The notes beneath the pieces were generated by a model. The model was given only the letters and a program-made list of their open reading frames with translations, had not been told where the DNA came from and did no database searches. A DNA stretch of 64,000 bases. It comes from an uncultured Lachnospiraceae bacterium. GTDB lineage: Bacteria; Bacillota; Clostridia; Lachnospirales; Lachnospiraceae. The DNA is taken from assembly GCA_900544685.1 (NCBI GenBank), contig UQWA01000009.1, positions 1,348 through 65,347 on the forward strand, read 5' to 3'. This document shows, piece after piece, positions 21,141 through 31,184 of the stretch; the first letter of the stretch is position 1; every line of letters begins with the position of its first letter. The translations under genes and the position numbers were made by a program.

Positions 21141-22004
21141 TCAAAGCAATTTCTGCGCGATAGCCTCGGCCGTGGCGGAACGTGCGGCAGCAGTGGCTTC
21201 CGGATTCTTCCGGCAAAAGCCGTAGAACAGACAGTCAATCAGCAGCATCTGTCCTACTTTGGCCGGGATAGAGCCGGACTGGAGCGGTCCTTCATTGTAT
21301 CCGCACAGAAGAACCACGTCGGCAAATTCTGCGGCTCTGGAATTCGGATAGTGTGTAATCAGAATAACGGGAACACCGTGCATTTTGGCGGTCTGCAGGG
21401 TAGATTCCATATCTTTGGTAGAGCCTGAGTAGGAAAATACCAGAATCACATCTTTTTCAGTGGCCAGGGCAGTGGCCATGATCTGCATATGGGAGTCGGT
21501 AATCTGAATAAACTTGGAAGATGCAGTGGAAAAACGTGCCCAGGCTTCCATGGCCATTACCATGCTGCCTCCATGTCCAAAGCAGTATACCCGGTCAGCA
21601 TTCACCAGAAGATCTACCGCTTGGCTGATGGTATCTTCATCCAGTAAGCCAAGAGTCTCATTCAGAGAAAGGACACTTGCCTGGTGGATTTTCTGGAAAA
21701 TGCAGCTTAAGCTGTCATCGGAAGCAATGGACTGAGGTGAGTCAGACAATTCGCCCATATCTGTCACACGGTCTGTCTTGGCCAGAGCCAGCTTGAAATC
21801 ATTGTAACCGGCAAGACCCAGACCATGACAGAAACGTGTAATAGAAGCCTCAGAGACGCCGCTGTTTTCAGCCAGAGTGGAGATCGAAAAATACTGTGCC
21901 TCCCCAGTATGTGCAAAAATGTAGTCTGCCAGTTTCTTCCCGGAACGGGTCAGAGAATGGTACTGTGCAGTAATTGATTCTAAAATGTTACCTGTCAAAA
22001 TCAA
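21141..22004 (-). CDS. RpiR/MurR-family regulator (likely regulator of the nan cluster)
   Basis: VSEASITRFC...GYNDFKL HTH plus a SIS domain (FSYSGST). Confidence 0.9.
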   Translation of the reverse strand: MILTGNILESITAQYHSLTRSGKKLADYIFAHTGEAQYFSISTLAENSGVSEASITRFCHGLGLAGYNDFKLALAKTDRVTDMGELSDSPQSIASDDSLSCIFQKIHQASVLSLNETLGLLDEDTISQAVDLLVNADRVYCFGHGGSMVMAMEAWARFSTASSKFIQITDSHMQIMATALATEKDVILVFSYSGSTKDMESTLQTAKMHGVPVILITHYPNSRAAEFADVVLLCGYNEGPLQSGSIPAKVGQMLLIDCLFYGFCRKNPEATAAARSATAEAIAQKLL

Positions 22005-22905
22005 TACCCCCTTTTGTAGAAGAATGGATGTTTGGTAATGTGGAAGCTCCCAGCATGCCGGCCTGATTGCCCAGAGTGGCTTTTTGGATTTTTACCTGAC
22101 GGAAGCTGGACATCACAGACGGAAGAAGCAGCTCTTCGATCCTGGTCGGAATATAAGGCTGTTCCATAATGCCGCCGCCCAGAATGATACAGGATGGATT
22201 CAGCATATGGGTAATGGAAACCAGTCCATAGACAATCTCCTGAATCCACTGGTCTGTCAGTTGTCGAATCGGAGGTTCCTGAAAACGCTCAAAAAGCAGT
22301 TTGCCATTTGTAATAAATGGATCATAGGCTTGTGCTTTACGAATCAGTGCCGTGGTAGAAGCATATTTTTCGTAGCATCCGGAGAACATATCTACTTCTG
22401 GATTCCGGTCTTCCGGATGAAGGATCATGGCACCGAATTCACCTGCAGAGCAGGAACTTCCATGGTAGAGAGTTCCGTTTGTGAACATGGCACCGCCTAC
22501 ACCGGTACCATAGGTCAGGCAGACAAAATCGGATTCTCCACGTCCGGCACCGTAAACAGCCTCTCCCAGAGCGGCAGCATTAACATCATTTTCCACATAG
22601 ACAGGAACCTGAAAAGCAGATTCCATGATCTCACGTATGGGCGTGCCGATATATCCGGGAATGTTCTGATTGGCATATATAATGCGTCCGTGTACCGGAT
22701 CTACCTGTCCGGCAGTGCTAATACCAATGGCAGAAAAATTGTATTGTCTCTTATAAGAAAAAATCACTTTCTTTGCGGTCTCCATGACATGTGCACCGCC
22801 CAGAGATGCCTGAGTAGCTGTTTCACGAATGTCGTATAACTGATCATTTTCAAAAATGGCAGACTTAATAGCAGTTCCGCCAATATCCAGAACCATGGTT
22901 TTCAT
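21988..22905 (-). CDS. ROK-family sugar kinase (probable N-acetylmannosamine kinase)
   Basis: DIGGT, ENDVNAAALGE and GTGVGG motifs; nan cluster context. Confidence 0.88.
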   Translation of the reverse strand: MKTMVLDIGGTAIKSAIFENDQLYDIRETATQASLGGAHVMETAKKVIFSYKRQYNFSAIGISTAGQVDPVHGRIIYANQNIPGYIGTPIREIMESAFQVPVYVENDVNAAALGEAVYGAGRGESDFVCLTYGTGVGGAMFTNGTLYHGSSCSAGEFGAMILHPEDRNPEVDMFSGCYEKYASTTALIRKAQAYDPFITNGKLLFERFQEPPIRQLTDQWIQEIVYGLVSITHMLNPSCIILGGGIMEQPYIPTRIEELLLPSVMSSFRQVKIQKATLGNQAGMLGASTLPNIHSSTKGGIDFDR

Positions 22906-23044
22906 AGAAGCTGTTTCTCCCTTCTGTTCTGACAGAATGTTTCTTCTTAATGATTACTATAGCATAAACTTTTTTGGATTTTCAAGAGAAAATGCAAAAT
23001 ATTTTCAAAAATAAAAAATAATGAAAATTATTTTAAAAAATGTG

Positions 23045-23073
23045 TTGACAGTGGATAAAAAACCAGATATGAT
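23045..23073 (+). promoter_or_regulatory. Sigma-A promoter of the nan ABC operon
   Basis: TTGACA-17 nt-TATGAT. Confidence 0.7.
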
Positions 23074-23262
23074 AGGACTATAAGAACTGGCGAGATTCCA
23101 CAATCCCGGGAAGAAATCTCACAAAAAGATGTACAGCATATACATAAAAATATGGGTGAGCAAACGAAAAAATAAATAATATGCTGAACAGAAACGAAAA
23201 AGAAAAAGCAAATCAGACAATATGATGGCGAAAAGAATTCGCCAGAAAGTGAGGGTTTTATT

Positions 23263-24531
23263 ATGAAATTCCGTAAAGCGATGGCACTTGCGGTTGCAGC
23301 AGGTATGGTATTTTCTTTGAATACTGTGAATGTTTTTGCAGAAGGTGAAGCTACTGATATTACACTTTGGACTTATCCGGTAGGAAGCTGGGGAGATTCC
23401 GCAGTAGTAGACGGACTGATTGCAAACTTTAACGAAGCACATCCAGATATCAACGTAAAAGTAGAATATCTTGATTATACCAATGGTGATGACCAGATCA
23501 ATACGGCAATCGAAGGCGGACAGGCTCCTGATATCGTTCTGGAAGGACCGGAACGTCTGGTAGCGAACTGGGGAGCAAAAGGACTGATGGTAGATCTGGC
23601 TGATCTGTGGACAGATGAAGCAAAAGAAGCAATTTATGATTCTGTAGAATCTGCATGCCAGAACAATGATGGTGTATTCTATGAATATCCACTTTGCATG
23701 ACAGCACATACTATGGCAATCAACAGAGATCTTTTCGAAGCAGCAGATGCACTTCAGTATCTGGATGAAGAGACACATACCTGGACAACAGAGAACTTTG
23801 TAAAAGCAGTTCAGGCAGTTTATGACAACGGACAGCAGAATGTCGGCGCAGTATACTGCAGCGGACAGGGTGGAGACCAGGGAACAAGAGCTCTTGTAAA
23901 CAACCTGTATGGCGGAACATTCACCAATGCAGAACATACCGAATATACAGCAGACAGCGAGGAAAATATCAAGGCACTGGAACTGCTGAAATCCATGGAT
24001 GGAATCAACTTTGATGCATCTATCGCAGGCGGCGATGAAATCAACCTGTTCTGCAACGGAACACTGGGAATGGCTTTCTGCTGGAACATTGCTCAGGAAA
24101 AGAACAACGCAGAGAACATAGCATTTGACGTACTTCCTATGGCATTCCCTTCAGAAGATGGTAACCCACAGCTCTGTGGCGGTATCTGGGGATTCGGTAT
24201 CTTTGATAACGGAGATGAAGCTAAGGTCGAAGCAGCTAAGACATTTATCGACTTCATGGCAAATGATGAGACTCAGGCAGCGGAAAGCGTAAAAGCTTCC
24301 AGTTACTGGTCGGTAAAAGACCTTGGCAATATCTACGAAGGCGATGACCTGATGACGGAATACTCCGCATTTATCCCATACATGGGCGACTACTATCAGG
24401 TAGTTGGCGGATGGGCAGAAGCTCGTACCGCATGGTGGAATATGCTTCAGCAGATCGGTTCCGGCACAGACGTAACAGAAGCAGTGAACGAATTCGTTAC
24501 AACAGCCAATGCAGCTGCAGCAGCAAACTAA
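23263..24531 (+). CDS. Sugar ABC transporter substrate-binding protein (probably sialic acid)
   Basis: Signal peptide, FNEAHPDINVKVE, APDI; upstream of two permeases and nanE/nanA. Confidence 0.9.
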   Translation: MKFRKAMALAVAAGMVFSLNTVNVFAEGEATDITLWTYPVGSWGDSAVVDGLIANFNEAHPDINVKVEYLDYTNGDDQINTAIEGGQAPDIVLEGPERLVANWGAKGLMVDLADLWTDEAKEAIYDSVESACQNNDGVFYEYPLCMTAHTMAINRDLFEAADALQYLDEETHTWTTENFVKAVQAVYDNGQQNVGAVYCSGQGGDQGTRALVNNLYGGTFTNAEHTEYTADSEENIKALELLKSMDGINFDASIAGGDEINLFCNGTLGMAFCWNIAQEKNNAENIAFDVLPMAFPSEDGNPQLCGGIWGFGIFDNGDEAKVEAAKTFIDFMANDETQAAESVKASSYWSVKDLGNIYEGDDLMTEYSAFIPYMGDYYQVVGGWAEARTAWWNMLQQIGSGTDVTEAVNEFVTTANAAAAAN

Positions 24532-24639
24532 TTTGAAAAAAAACCGACTTTGTAAATGAAAGTCACGCACCCTTCCTGTATATTACGTGCGGGAAGGGTG
24601 TTTTTGGCTAAATCACCATAAGTAAGAGGAGGAGATTAC

Positions 24640-25536
24640 GTGTCAACGAAAAGCCGTATGTCAAAAGCTCTGGTAAGAAGAGAGACAATTGCCGGATACG
24701 CATTTATGCTCCCGAGTCTGATCTTCTTCCTTGGATTTGTTATCTATCCGATGATCCAGTGTATCATCACCAGTTTCTTTGATTCTACGATGAACAGGGA
24801 AGATATATTTGTCGGATTTGGAAATTATATCGAATTGTTCCAGGATAAGGTGTTCCTTGGGGCTCTTAGAAATACTGTTATTATCGTGCTGGTATCGGTA
24901 CCTGTGGTATGTATTTTTTCGCTATGGGTAAGTTCGGTGATCCAGAATCTGAGAGGCCCGCTGTGTTCTGTTTTCCGGTGCGTATTCTATCTGCCGGTGG
25001 TAACCGGATCTGTTGCGGTTACTGTAGTATGGAAATGGATGTTCAATAATTATTATGGAATTTTTAACTATGTAGGAAAAGCCACCGGACTGATTGAGCA
25101 GAACATCAACTGGCTGGGAGATGAAAAATATGCACTGGGATGTATTATACTGATTCTGCTTACCACATCGGTAGGTCAGCCAATCGTCCTGTATGTATCT
25201 GCACTGGATAATGTGGATCAGAGTCTTGTTGAAGCAGCAGAGGTGGATGGAGCCACCAGACTGCAGTGCTTCTGGAAAATCAAATGGCCGCAGATCAAGC
25301 CGACCACGCTGTATATTCTGGTTATCACGACCATCAACAGCTTCCAGTGTTTCGCACTGATTCAGCTGCTGACCAGTGGCGGACCAAACCACAGTACGGA
25401 TACCATTATGTATTATATTTACCATACCGCATTTAAGCTGTACCGTTATGGATATGGAAATGCCATGGGCGTAGTGCTTGCACTGGCTATTGCGATTCTG
25501 TCCGGTATTCAGTTTAAGCTTGCGAAATCAGAATAG
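24640..25536 (+). CDS. Sugar ABC transporter permease
   Basis: EAAEVDGA EAA loop; TSGGP. Confidence 0.92.
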   Translation: MSTKSRMSKALVRRETIAGYAFMLPSLIFFLGFVIYPMIQCIITSFFDSTMNREDIFVGFGNYIELFQDKVFLGALRNTVIIVLVSVPVVCIFSLWVSSVIQNLRGPLCSVFRCVFYLPVVTGSVAVTVVWKWMFNNYYGIFNYVGKATGLIEQNINWLGDEKYALGCIILILLTTSVGQPIVLYVSALDNVDQSLVEAAEVDGATRLQCFWKIKWPQIKPTTLYILVITTINSFQCFALIQLLTSGGPNHSTDTIMYYIYHTAFKLYRYGYGNAMGVVLALAIAILSGIQFKLAKSE

Positions 25537-25553
25537 GAAAGGAGGAGAAGCAA

Positions 25554-26456
25554 ATGAAAAGCAAAACAATGGGCGCCAAAACCTATCGGATTTTTTCTTT
25601 GATTGTGATTACCATCATTGCAATTGGATTTGCATTTCCTCTGTACTGGATTATTACCGGGTCCTTTAAGACCAGTATGGCAATCAATGCACCGTCACCG
25701 CAGTGGTGGCCGCAGGAATGGGTTTCGACAAACTATGAAAAGCTGTTCAGCAGACAGACTGCACCGTTATGGGAACTGGCAATTCCATTTACTAAAAAGG
25801 TATTCACTGGTCCTGTGGTTCCGGCAGCAGTACGCTGGCTGATAAATACTGTATTTATGGCAGTCGTATCCATGTTCCTGACCTGCTTTACCGCGGCTAT
25901 GGCAGGCTATGCACTGGCAAAGAAACGTTTCATTGGACGTTCCGTAGTATTTACCTTAATTGTATGTGCCATGGCACTTCCAAAACAGGTTATTTTGATT
26001 CCATTATTACGTGAAATGTCAGCACTGAAGCTGTATAATACCATCTGGGCTGTAATTTTCCCGATCGTAGGATGGCCGTTTGGAATCTTTCTGATCAAGC
26101 AGTTTGCAGAAGGTATTCCGACAGAGATGATGGAGGCAGCTAAGATCGATGGGGCAAATGAGTGGAAAACTTTTGTATCTGTTGCATATCCGATGATCAA
26201 ACCGGGTGTAGGTGCACTGGCCATCTTTACCTTTATCAATTCCTGGAATGACTATTTTATGCAGTTGATTATGCTCAGCAGTACCAGTAATCTGACGATT
26301 TCCCTTGGTATTGCCAAGCTGCAGGCGGAAAATGCCACAGACTTTGGTCTGATTATGGCAGGAGCTGCGCTGGCCGCAGTGCCGATCATTATTGTATTCC
26401 TGGCATTCCAGAAGTATTTTACAAAGGGTATTACTATGGGAGCTGTAAAAGGATAA
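25554..26456 (+). CDS. Sugar ABC transporter permease
   Basis: EAAKIDGA; WNDY; GAVKG C-terminus. Confidence 0.92.
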   Translation: MKSKTMGAKTYRIFSLIVITIIAIGFAFPLYWIITGSFKTSMAINAPSPQWWPQEWVSTNYEKLFSRQTAPLWELAIPFTKKVFTGPVVPAAVRWLINTVFMAVVSMFLTCFTAAMAGYALAKKRFIGRSVVFTLIVCAMALPKQVILIPLLREMSALKLYNTIWAVIFPIVGWPFGIFLIKQFAEGIPTEMMEAAKIDGANEWKTFVSVAYPMIKPGVGALAIFTFINSWNDYFMQLIMLSSTSNLTISLGIAKLQAENATDFGLIMAGAALAAVPIIIVFLAFQKYFTKGITMGAVKG

Positions 26457-26487
26457 GGTTGGGGAGTAACAGAAGGGAGTTGTATGT

Positions 26488-27189
26488 ATGACAAAGCAGG
26501 AAATATTTGACAGTATCAAAGGTAAAGTAATTGTATCCTGTCAGGCAGTGCCTGGGGAGCCATTGTATGTGGAAGAAAAATCGATTATGTATCTGATGGC
26601 CAGAGCAGCGAAACGGGCGGGCACACCGATGATCCGTACCAGCAGTATTCGTGATGTTGTGGCAATCAAAGAAGAAACAGGCCTTCCGGTAATTGGTTTG
26701 ATCAAGATCAATTATCCGGGATTCGAGAGCTTTATTACGCCGACCATGAAAGAAGTGGACGAACTGGCAGAAGTTGGTTCGAATATTATTGCACTGGACT
26801 GTACAGATATGAAGCGTGGGGATGGCAAGAGTATAGAAGAATTTATGACAGAAGTGAGAAAGAAATATCCGGATCAGATTCTGATGGCAGATATCTCTAC
26901 TTACGAAGAGGGAGTTCGTGCGTGGAAGCTAGGCATGGATCTGGTGGGAACCACCATGAGCGGTTATACTCCATATTCGGTGAAACTGAACGGACCGGAT
27001 TATGAACTGGTAAAAAGACTGTCAGAAACGGTGGATATTCCGGTCATCGGAGAGGGAAGAGTCCATTCGCCGGAAGATGCGGTAAAGATGTTGGAAGCAG
27101 GCGCTTTTGCCGTAGTAGTAGGAGGCGCAATTACCAGACCGATGGAGATTGCCACCCGTTTTGTCAAAGCTGTAGAAAATCGAGAATAG
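26488..27189 (+). CDS. nanE: N-acetylmannosamine-6-phosphate 2-epimerase
   Basis: IVSCQA, PVIGLIK, FITPT, MADIS, GTTMSGYT, VVGGAITRP. Confidence 0.95.
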   Translation: MTKQEIFDSIKGKVIVSCQAVPGEPLYVEEKSIMYLMARAAKRAGTPMIRTSSIRDVVAIKEETGLPVIGLIKINYPGFESFITPTMKEVDELAEVGSNIIALDCTDMKRGDGKSIEEFMTEVRKKYPDQILMADISTYEEGVRAWKLGMDLVGTTMSGYTPYSVKLNGPDYELVKRLSETVDIPVIGEGRVHSPEDAVKMLEAGAFAVVVGGAITRPMEIATRFVKAVENRE

Positions 27190-27208
27190 AGGAGGGGGAA
27201 CAGGGAAG

Positions 27209-28126
27209 ATGTCAAAATATGATGTGAGTAAATTCAGAAATGTAACCGTTGCACTGAATACACCGTTTCAGAAAGACGGCAGCGTGGATGTGGAAGCTGT
27301 CAAAGCGGTAAGCAGATATTTCCGTGATAAAGGAATTAAACAGATGTATGTCTGCGGAAGTACCGGTGAGGGATTCCTGCTGGATACCGAGGAGAGAATG
27401 CTGGTAGCGGAAACCGTGGTAAATGAAGTGGGAAAAGATATGAATATTATCGTTCATGTAGGATGCGCAGACACCAGACATTCCTGTATCCTGGCCGCTC
27501 ATGCAGAGAAGATTGGTGCTGCGGCAATCTCAGCAGTTCCATGTGTGTATTACAGACCGAGTGAAGAAAGCGTATACCGGCACTGGACCAAGATCACAGA
27601 AGCTGCAGATCTGCCATTCTTTATCTATAATATCCCTCAGCTGACAGGATTCAATCTGTCTATGAATTTATTCAACCGTATGCTGGAAAATGAGAGAGTG
27701 GCCGGTGTAAAGTGCTCTTCTGATCCTGCCCAGGATATCTTAAGATTCAAGTTAGCCGGTGGAAAAGACTTTATTGTATTTAACGGACCGGATGAACAGT
27801 TCGTAGCAGGAAGACTGCTGGGAGCAGATGCCGGAATCGGCGGTACCTATGGGGCTATGCCGGAACTGTATCTGAAGATGGATGAACTGATTAAACGCAG
27901 TGAATGGGAAAAGGCCGCAGAGATTCAGAATATTGTGACGCCTCTGATCTATCGTCTGTGCAGCTTTCCGTCTATGCACGGTGCGGTAAAAGGCATCATC
28001 ACACTGGATGGCTGCCCGATGGGAGATCCGAGACTTCCGTTCTTGCCGGTATCTGTGGATGATCCAGATCTGAAGACTCTGTATCAGGATATCAGAAAGG
28101 CTGTAGAAGAGACAAAGGAGTGGTGA
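27209..28126 (+). CDS. nanA: N-acetylneuraminate lyase (DHDPS/NAL family)
   Basis: GSTGE, YNIPQLTG and the Schiff-base Lys in GVKCSS; follows nanE. Confidence 0.85.
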   Translation: MSKYDVSKFRNVTVALNTPFQKDGSVDVEAVKAVSRYFRDKGIKQMYVCGSTGEGFLLDTEERMLVAETVVNEVGKDMNIIVHVGCADTRHSCILAAHAEKIGAAAISAVPCVYYRPSEESVYRHWTKITEAADLPFFIYNIPQLTGFNLSMNLFNRMLENERVAGVKCSSDPAQDILRFKLAGGKDFIVFNGPDEQFVAGRLLGADAGIGGTYGAMPELYLKMDELIKRSEWEKAAEIQNIVTPLIYRLCSFPSMHGAVKGIITLDGCPMGDPRLPFLPVSVDDPDLKTLYQDIRKAVEETKEW

Positions 28127-28130
28127 TCAT

Positions 28131-28790
28131 ATGAAAAAGCATATTGTATGCTTTGGGGATTCCAATACCCATGGCTACTGTGCCATGAATGATGGAAGAT
28201 TCGATGAGAATGAACGATGGACCTGCCTGCTTCAGAAAGAATTGGGAGAGGACTATCTGATACTGGAAGAAGGCTTAAGTGGCAGAACCACCTGTTTTAA
28301 CGATCCATTGTTTGAGGGACTCTCCGGACTGGATTATATTTATCCGTGTCTGATGAGTCATGAACCGGTAGACCTGCTGATCATCATGTTGGGAACCAAT
28401 GATACAAAGGAACGTTTCGGAGCGTCTTCTGCATGTATTGCGCTGGGACTGAAACGTCTGGTGCAGAAAGCCATCTCAATAACAGACTGTTGGAGAGAAA
28501 AGAAGCCTCAGATTCTGATTGTAACACCGCAGAATATTGGAAAAGAGTATGAACAGTCTCATGTGCGTAACACTATGGGAGCGGGCTGTGCGGAAAAATC
28601 ACAGGGTCTGGCAGCAGAATACAGGGAGATTGCAAAGCTGACCGGATGTGAATTCCTGGATGCCAACAAGGTGGTATCTGCGCTGCCAAATGATGTGGAC
28701 TATATGCATCTGACTGCAGAAGGACATCAGCAGCTGGCTGAGGCACTGGCAAAGAAAGTACAGGAGATAATGCCGGAGAACAGATTGTAG
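28131..28790 (+). CDS. SGNH/GDSL esterase
   Basis: FGDSNT, GRTT, LGTND and DYMH catalytic blocks. Confidence 0.9.
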   Translation: MKKHIVCFGDSNTHGYCAMNDGRFDENERWTCLLQKELGEDYLILEEGLSGRTTCFNDPLFEGLSGLDYIYPCLMSHEPVDLLIIMLGTNDTKERFGASSACIALGLKRLVQKAISITDCWREKKPQILIVTPQNIGKEYEQSHVRNTMGAGCAEKSQGLAAEYREIAKLTGCEFLDANKVVSALPNDVDYMHLTAEGHQQLAEALAKKVQEIMPENRL

Positions 28791-28888
28791 TATTTGAAAT
28801 ATGATAACAGGTGGGAGATATTCCCACCTGTTATCTATATATAGGAGAAAATGCTACAAAAAAGAGAAATTCTAAATTATAAAAAATA

Positions 28889-28945
28889 TTGACAAATTAT
28901 AATACTGGTGTATATACTGATGATGAAAATACCCCCATAGGGTAT
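28889..28945 (+). promoter_or_regulatory. Promoter with a CsoR-type operator
   Basis: TTGACA at 28889, TATACT at 28913, then the dyad ATACCCCCATAGGGTAT (28929-28945) upstream of a CxxC metal chaperone. Confidence 0.7.
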
Positions 28946-29020
28946 CATGATAAAAAAGTGATCTTACTTATTTTGGAACAACACGTAGAGATCAGTAATT
29001 CAGATAGGAGGAGATTTATT

Positions 29021-29284
29021 ATGATCAAGACAACAGTAAAGATTTCTGGTATGGCTTGTGCCATGTGCGAAGCTCATATTAACGATGCAGTTCGAGGTGC
29101 ATTTCCGGTGAAAAAAGTGACATCTAATCATTCCAAAGGTGAAACGGTCATTCTATCTGAAGAACCTTTGGATGAAGCAGCTATTCGGAAAACGATTGAT
29201 GCCACTGGTTATACAACCGGAGAAATTACTTCCGCTCCGTACAAGAAAAAAGGGCTTTTTCACTTTGGCGCTTTACAAATATAA
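29021..29284 (+). CDS. Heavy-metal-associated (CopZ-like) chaperone
   Basis: GMACAMC motif; AGGAGG RBS before the ATG at 29021. Confidence 0.88.
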   Translation: MIKTTVKISGMACAMCEAHINDAVRGAFPVKKVTSNHSKGETVILSEEPLDEAAIRKTIDATGYTTGEITSAPYKKKGLFHFGALQI

Positions 29285-29340
29285 TGTAAAACTATACAAT
29301 AAAAGCAAATTTGAAATATGTGATTTTTGCAGGTGATACC

Positions 29341-30027
29341 ATGAAAATAACTTATATTAACCACAGCGGCTTTTTGGTTGAAGTCAAAGACTGCTATTAT
29401 ATTTTCGATTATTACAAAGGCGAATTGCCGCCTCTCGATAAGAACAAAGAGGTGATCGTCTTTTGCAGTCACTTTCATGAGGATCATTTTAATCCCCAGA
29501 TCTTTGAGATTCTTGATGATATGGGGATGATGTATCAGGCAGTTTTGGCAAAAGATATACGCAAAAGGAAGCAGTTGCCGGATATGAAGATTACCTATGT
29601 TTATCACGATCAAACATATAATCTGGATAATGGTACTCAAGTCGATACGTTACTTTCTAACGATAGTGGTGTTGCATTTATTGTCAAAACGAAGGAAGGC
29701 ATCATTTATCATGCCGGTGATTTAAATGATTGGTATTGGGATGGTGTACCGGAAGCTGACAATCAGAGACTTACTTCGGCATATCGTGCAGAGATCAGGA
29801 AAATCAGGGGGATGCATTTTGATGCGGCGTTCGTGCCCCTTGATCCAAGACAGGAAGATCACTATGCTGACGGGATTCTGTATTTCCTTGAAAATATAGA
29901 CTGCAATGCCATTTTTCCAATGCATTATTGGAATGATGCCAGTGTAATTAAGCGGTTCATTACAGAATATCCACAATATAAGTCACGCATCAAAAACACA
30001 GAATGTACAAAAGGAGAAGTGCTATGA
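29341..30027 (+). CDS. MBL-fold metallo-hydrolase
   Basis: HSGF, SHFHEDH, YHAGD, PMHY. Confidence 0.88.
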   Translation: MKITYINHSGFLVEVKDCYYIFDYYKGELPPLDKNKEVIVFCSHFHEDHFNPQIFEILDDMGMMYQAVLAKDIRKRKQLPDMKITYVYHDQTYNLDNGTQVDTLLSNDSGVAFIVKTKEGIIYHAGDLNDWYWDGVPEADNQRLTSAYRAEIRKIRGMHFDAAFVPLDPRQEDHYADGILYFLENIDCNAIFPMHYWNDASVIKRFITEYPQYKSRIKNTECTKGEVL

Positions 30028-30380
30028 AATTTAAGATGATTCACGAGAATTATAATGTATCAGACCTGAACCGTTCTATTAAATTCTATAACGAAGCCCT
30101 GGATCTGCATGAAGTGAGACGAAAGACTACCAACAATTTCATCATTGCGTATTTGAGCAACGATGTAAGTGATTTCGAGCTGGAACTTACCTGGCTTAAA
30201 GATCATCCACAACCATATAATTTGGGTGAATGTGAATTCCATTTGGCATTTCGGGCAGATGATTATGAAGCAGCACACAAAAAGCATAAAGAAATGGGAT
30301 GCATTTGCTTCGAAAATGAAGAGATGGGTATCTATTTTATCGAAGATCCGGATGGTTACTGGCTTGAAATCGTACCGTAA
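30024..30380 (+). CDS. VOC/glyoxalase I family protein
   Basis: VSDLNRSIKFY, ELELT, HLAF, DPDGYWLEI. Confidence 0.88.
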   Translation: MKFKMIHENYNVSDLNRSIKFYNEALDLHEVRRKTTNNFIIAYLSNDVSDFELELTWLKDHPQPYNLGECEFHLAFRADDYEAAHKKHKEMGCICFENEEMGIYFIEDPDGYWLEIVP

Positions 30381-30437
30381 ATCTGTCTGTTATGAAACCG
30401 TTGTAGTTATGTGCAGCGGTTTTCTGTTTTATTCCAT

Positions 30438-30545
30438 GACATAGTGCGGGTGTTGCCCGATGTAACAGATCTTGAAGCTGTAAAAACTTATGCATATCAG
30501 CCAACATTGATTTTGAAGGGAGTTGGCGATATTATTCGAGAGTAA
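30438..30545 (+). pseudogene. 3' remnant of a HAD-IIA (NagD-like) hydrolase gene
   Basis: DIVRVLPDVTDLEAVKTYAYQPTLILKGVGDIIRE* resembles the DTVLVLSGV...YxPxxILxGVGDI C-terminus; no start codon or RBS. Confidence 0.55.
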
Positions 30546-30564
30546 TGTATTAAGAAGAGGTGAA

Positions 30565-31038
30565 ATGATGATCAGAAAAGCAGAAGAAAGAGATATTCCC
30601 AGAATTATGGAACTGTTAGGGCAGGTGCTGCAAATTCATGCAGACATAAGACCTGATATTTTTATTCCGGGTACGACAAAATATACGGTAGACGAATTGA
30701 AAGAGCTTTTGAAAAATAAAGAAAAGCCGATATACATCGCAGCGAACGAAGCAGATATTTGTGTGGGATATGCATTTTGTCAATTGCAGGAGCAGCCATT
30801 TTCAAACAATATGGTGCAGTTTAAGTCACTTTTTATAGACGATCTGTGTATCGATCAACAGGCACGAGGACAGCATATCGGAGAAAGTTTGTTTGAATAT
30901 GTAAAAAATGAAGCAATGCGAATGAACTGCTATGAAGTAACATTGAATGTCTGGGCAGGAAATACTTCAGCAGAAAAATTCTATGAAAAAATGGGAATGA
31001 AGACAAAAGAAAGACAGATGGAATATATATTGATATAG
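30565..31038 (+). CDS. GNAT-family N-acetyltransferase
   Basis: IDDLCIDQQARGQHIG acetyl-CoA motif; N..A..FYEKMG. Confidence 0.9.
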   Translation: MMIRKAEERDIPRIMELLGQVLQIHADIRPDIFIPGTTKYTVDELKELLKNKEKPIYIAANEADICVGYAFCQLQEQPFSNNMVQFKSLFIDDLCIDQQARGQHIGESLFEYVKNEAMRMNCYEVTLNVWAGNTSAEKFYEKMGMKTKERQMEYILI

Positions 31039-31042
31039 AAAA

Positions 31043-31166
31043 GCTGATATTTGTATGATACCGAGAAAAATTCATCTGGATAAGCCGGTTATTGTGATGG
31101 AATTAAAATGCAGAGGGTGCAATACAGCAGATTAAAGATAAAGAATATATAGATGCATTGAAATAT
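31043..31166 (+). pseudogene. Frameshifted remnant of a PD-(D/E)XK nuclease domain (AAA-ATPase-like/PDDEXK_9 type)
   Basis: ADICMIPRKIHLDKPVIVMELK, then a +1 shift to AEGAIQQIKDKEYIDALKY. Confidence 0.6.
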
Positions 31167-31184
31167 GAAAATCAGGAAGAAATA

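Noticed and set aside
19740..23937. Long antisense ORFs (19740..20723, 22084..22839, 23119..23937 and similar elsewhere)
   Set aside because: They are shadows of well-supported genes on the opposite strand with no recognisable motifs
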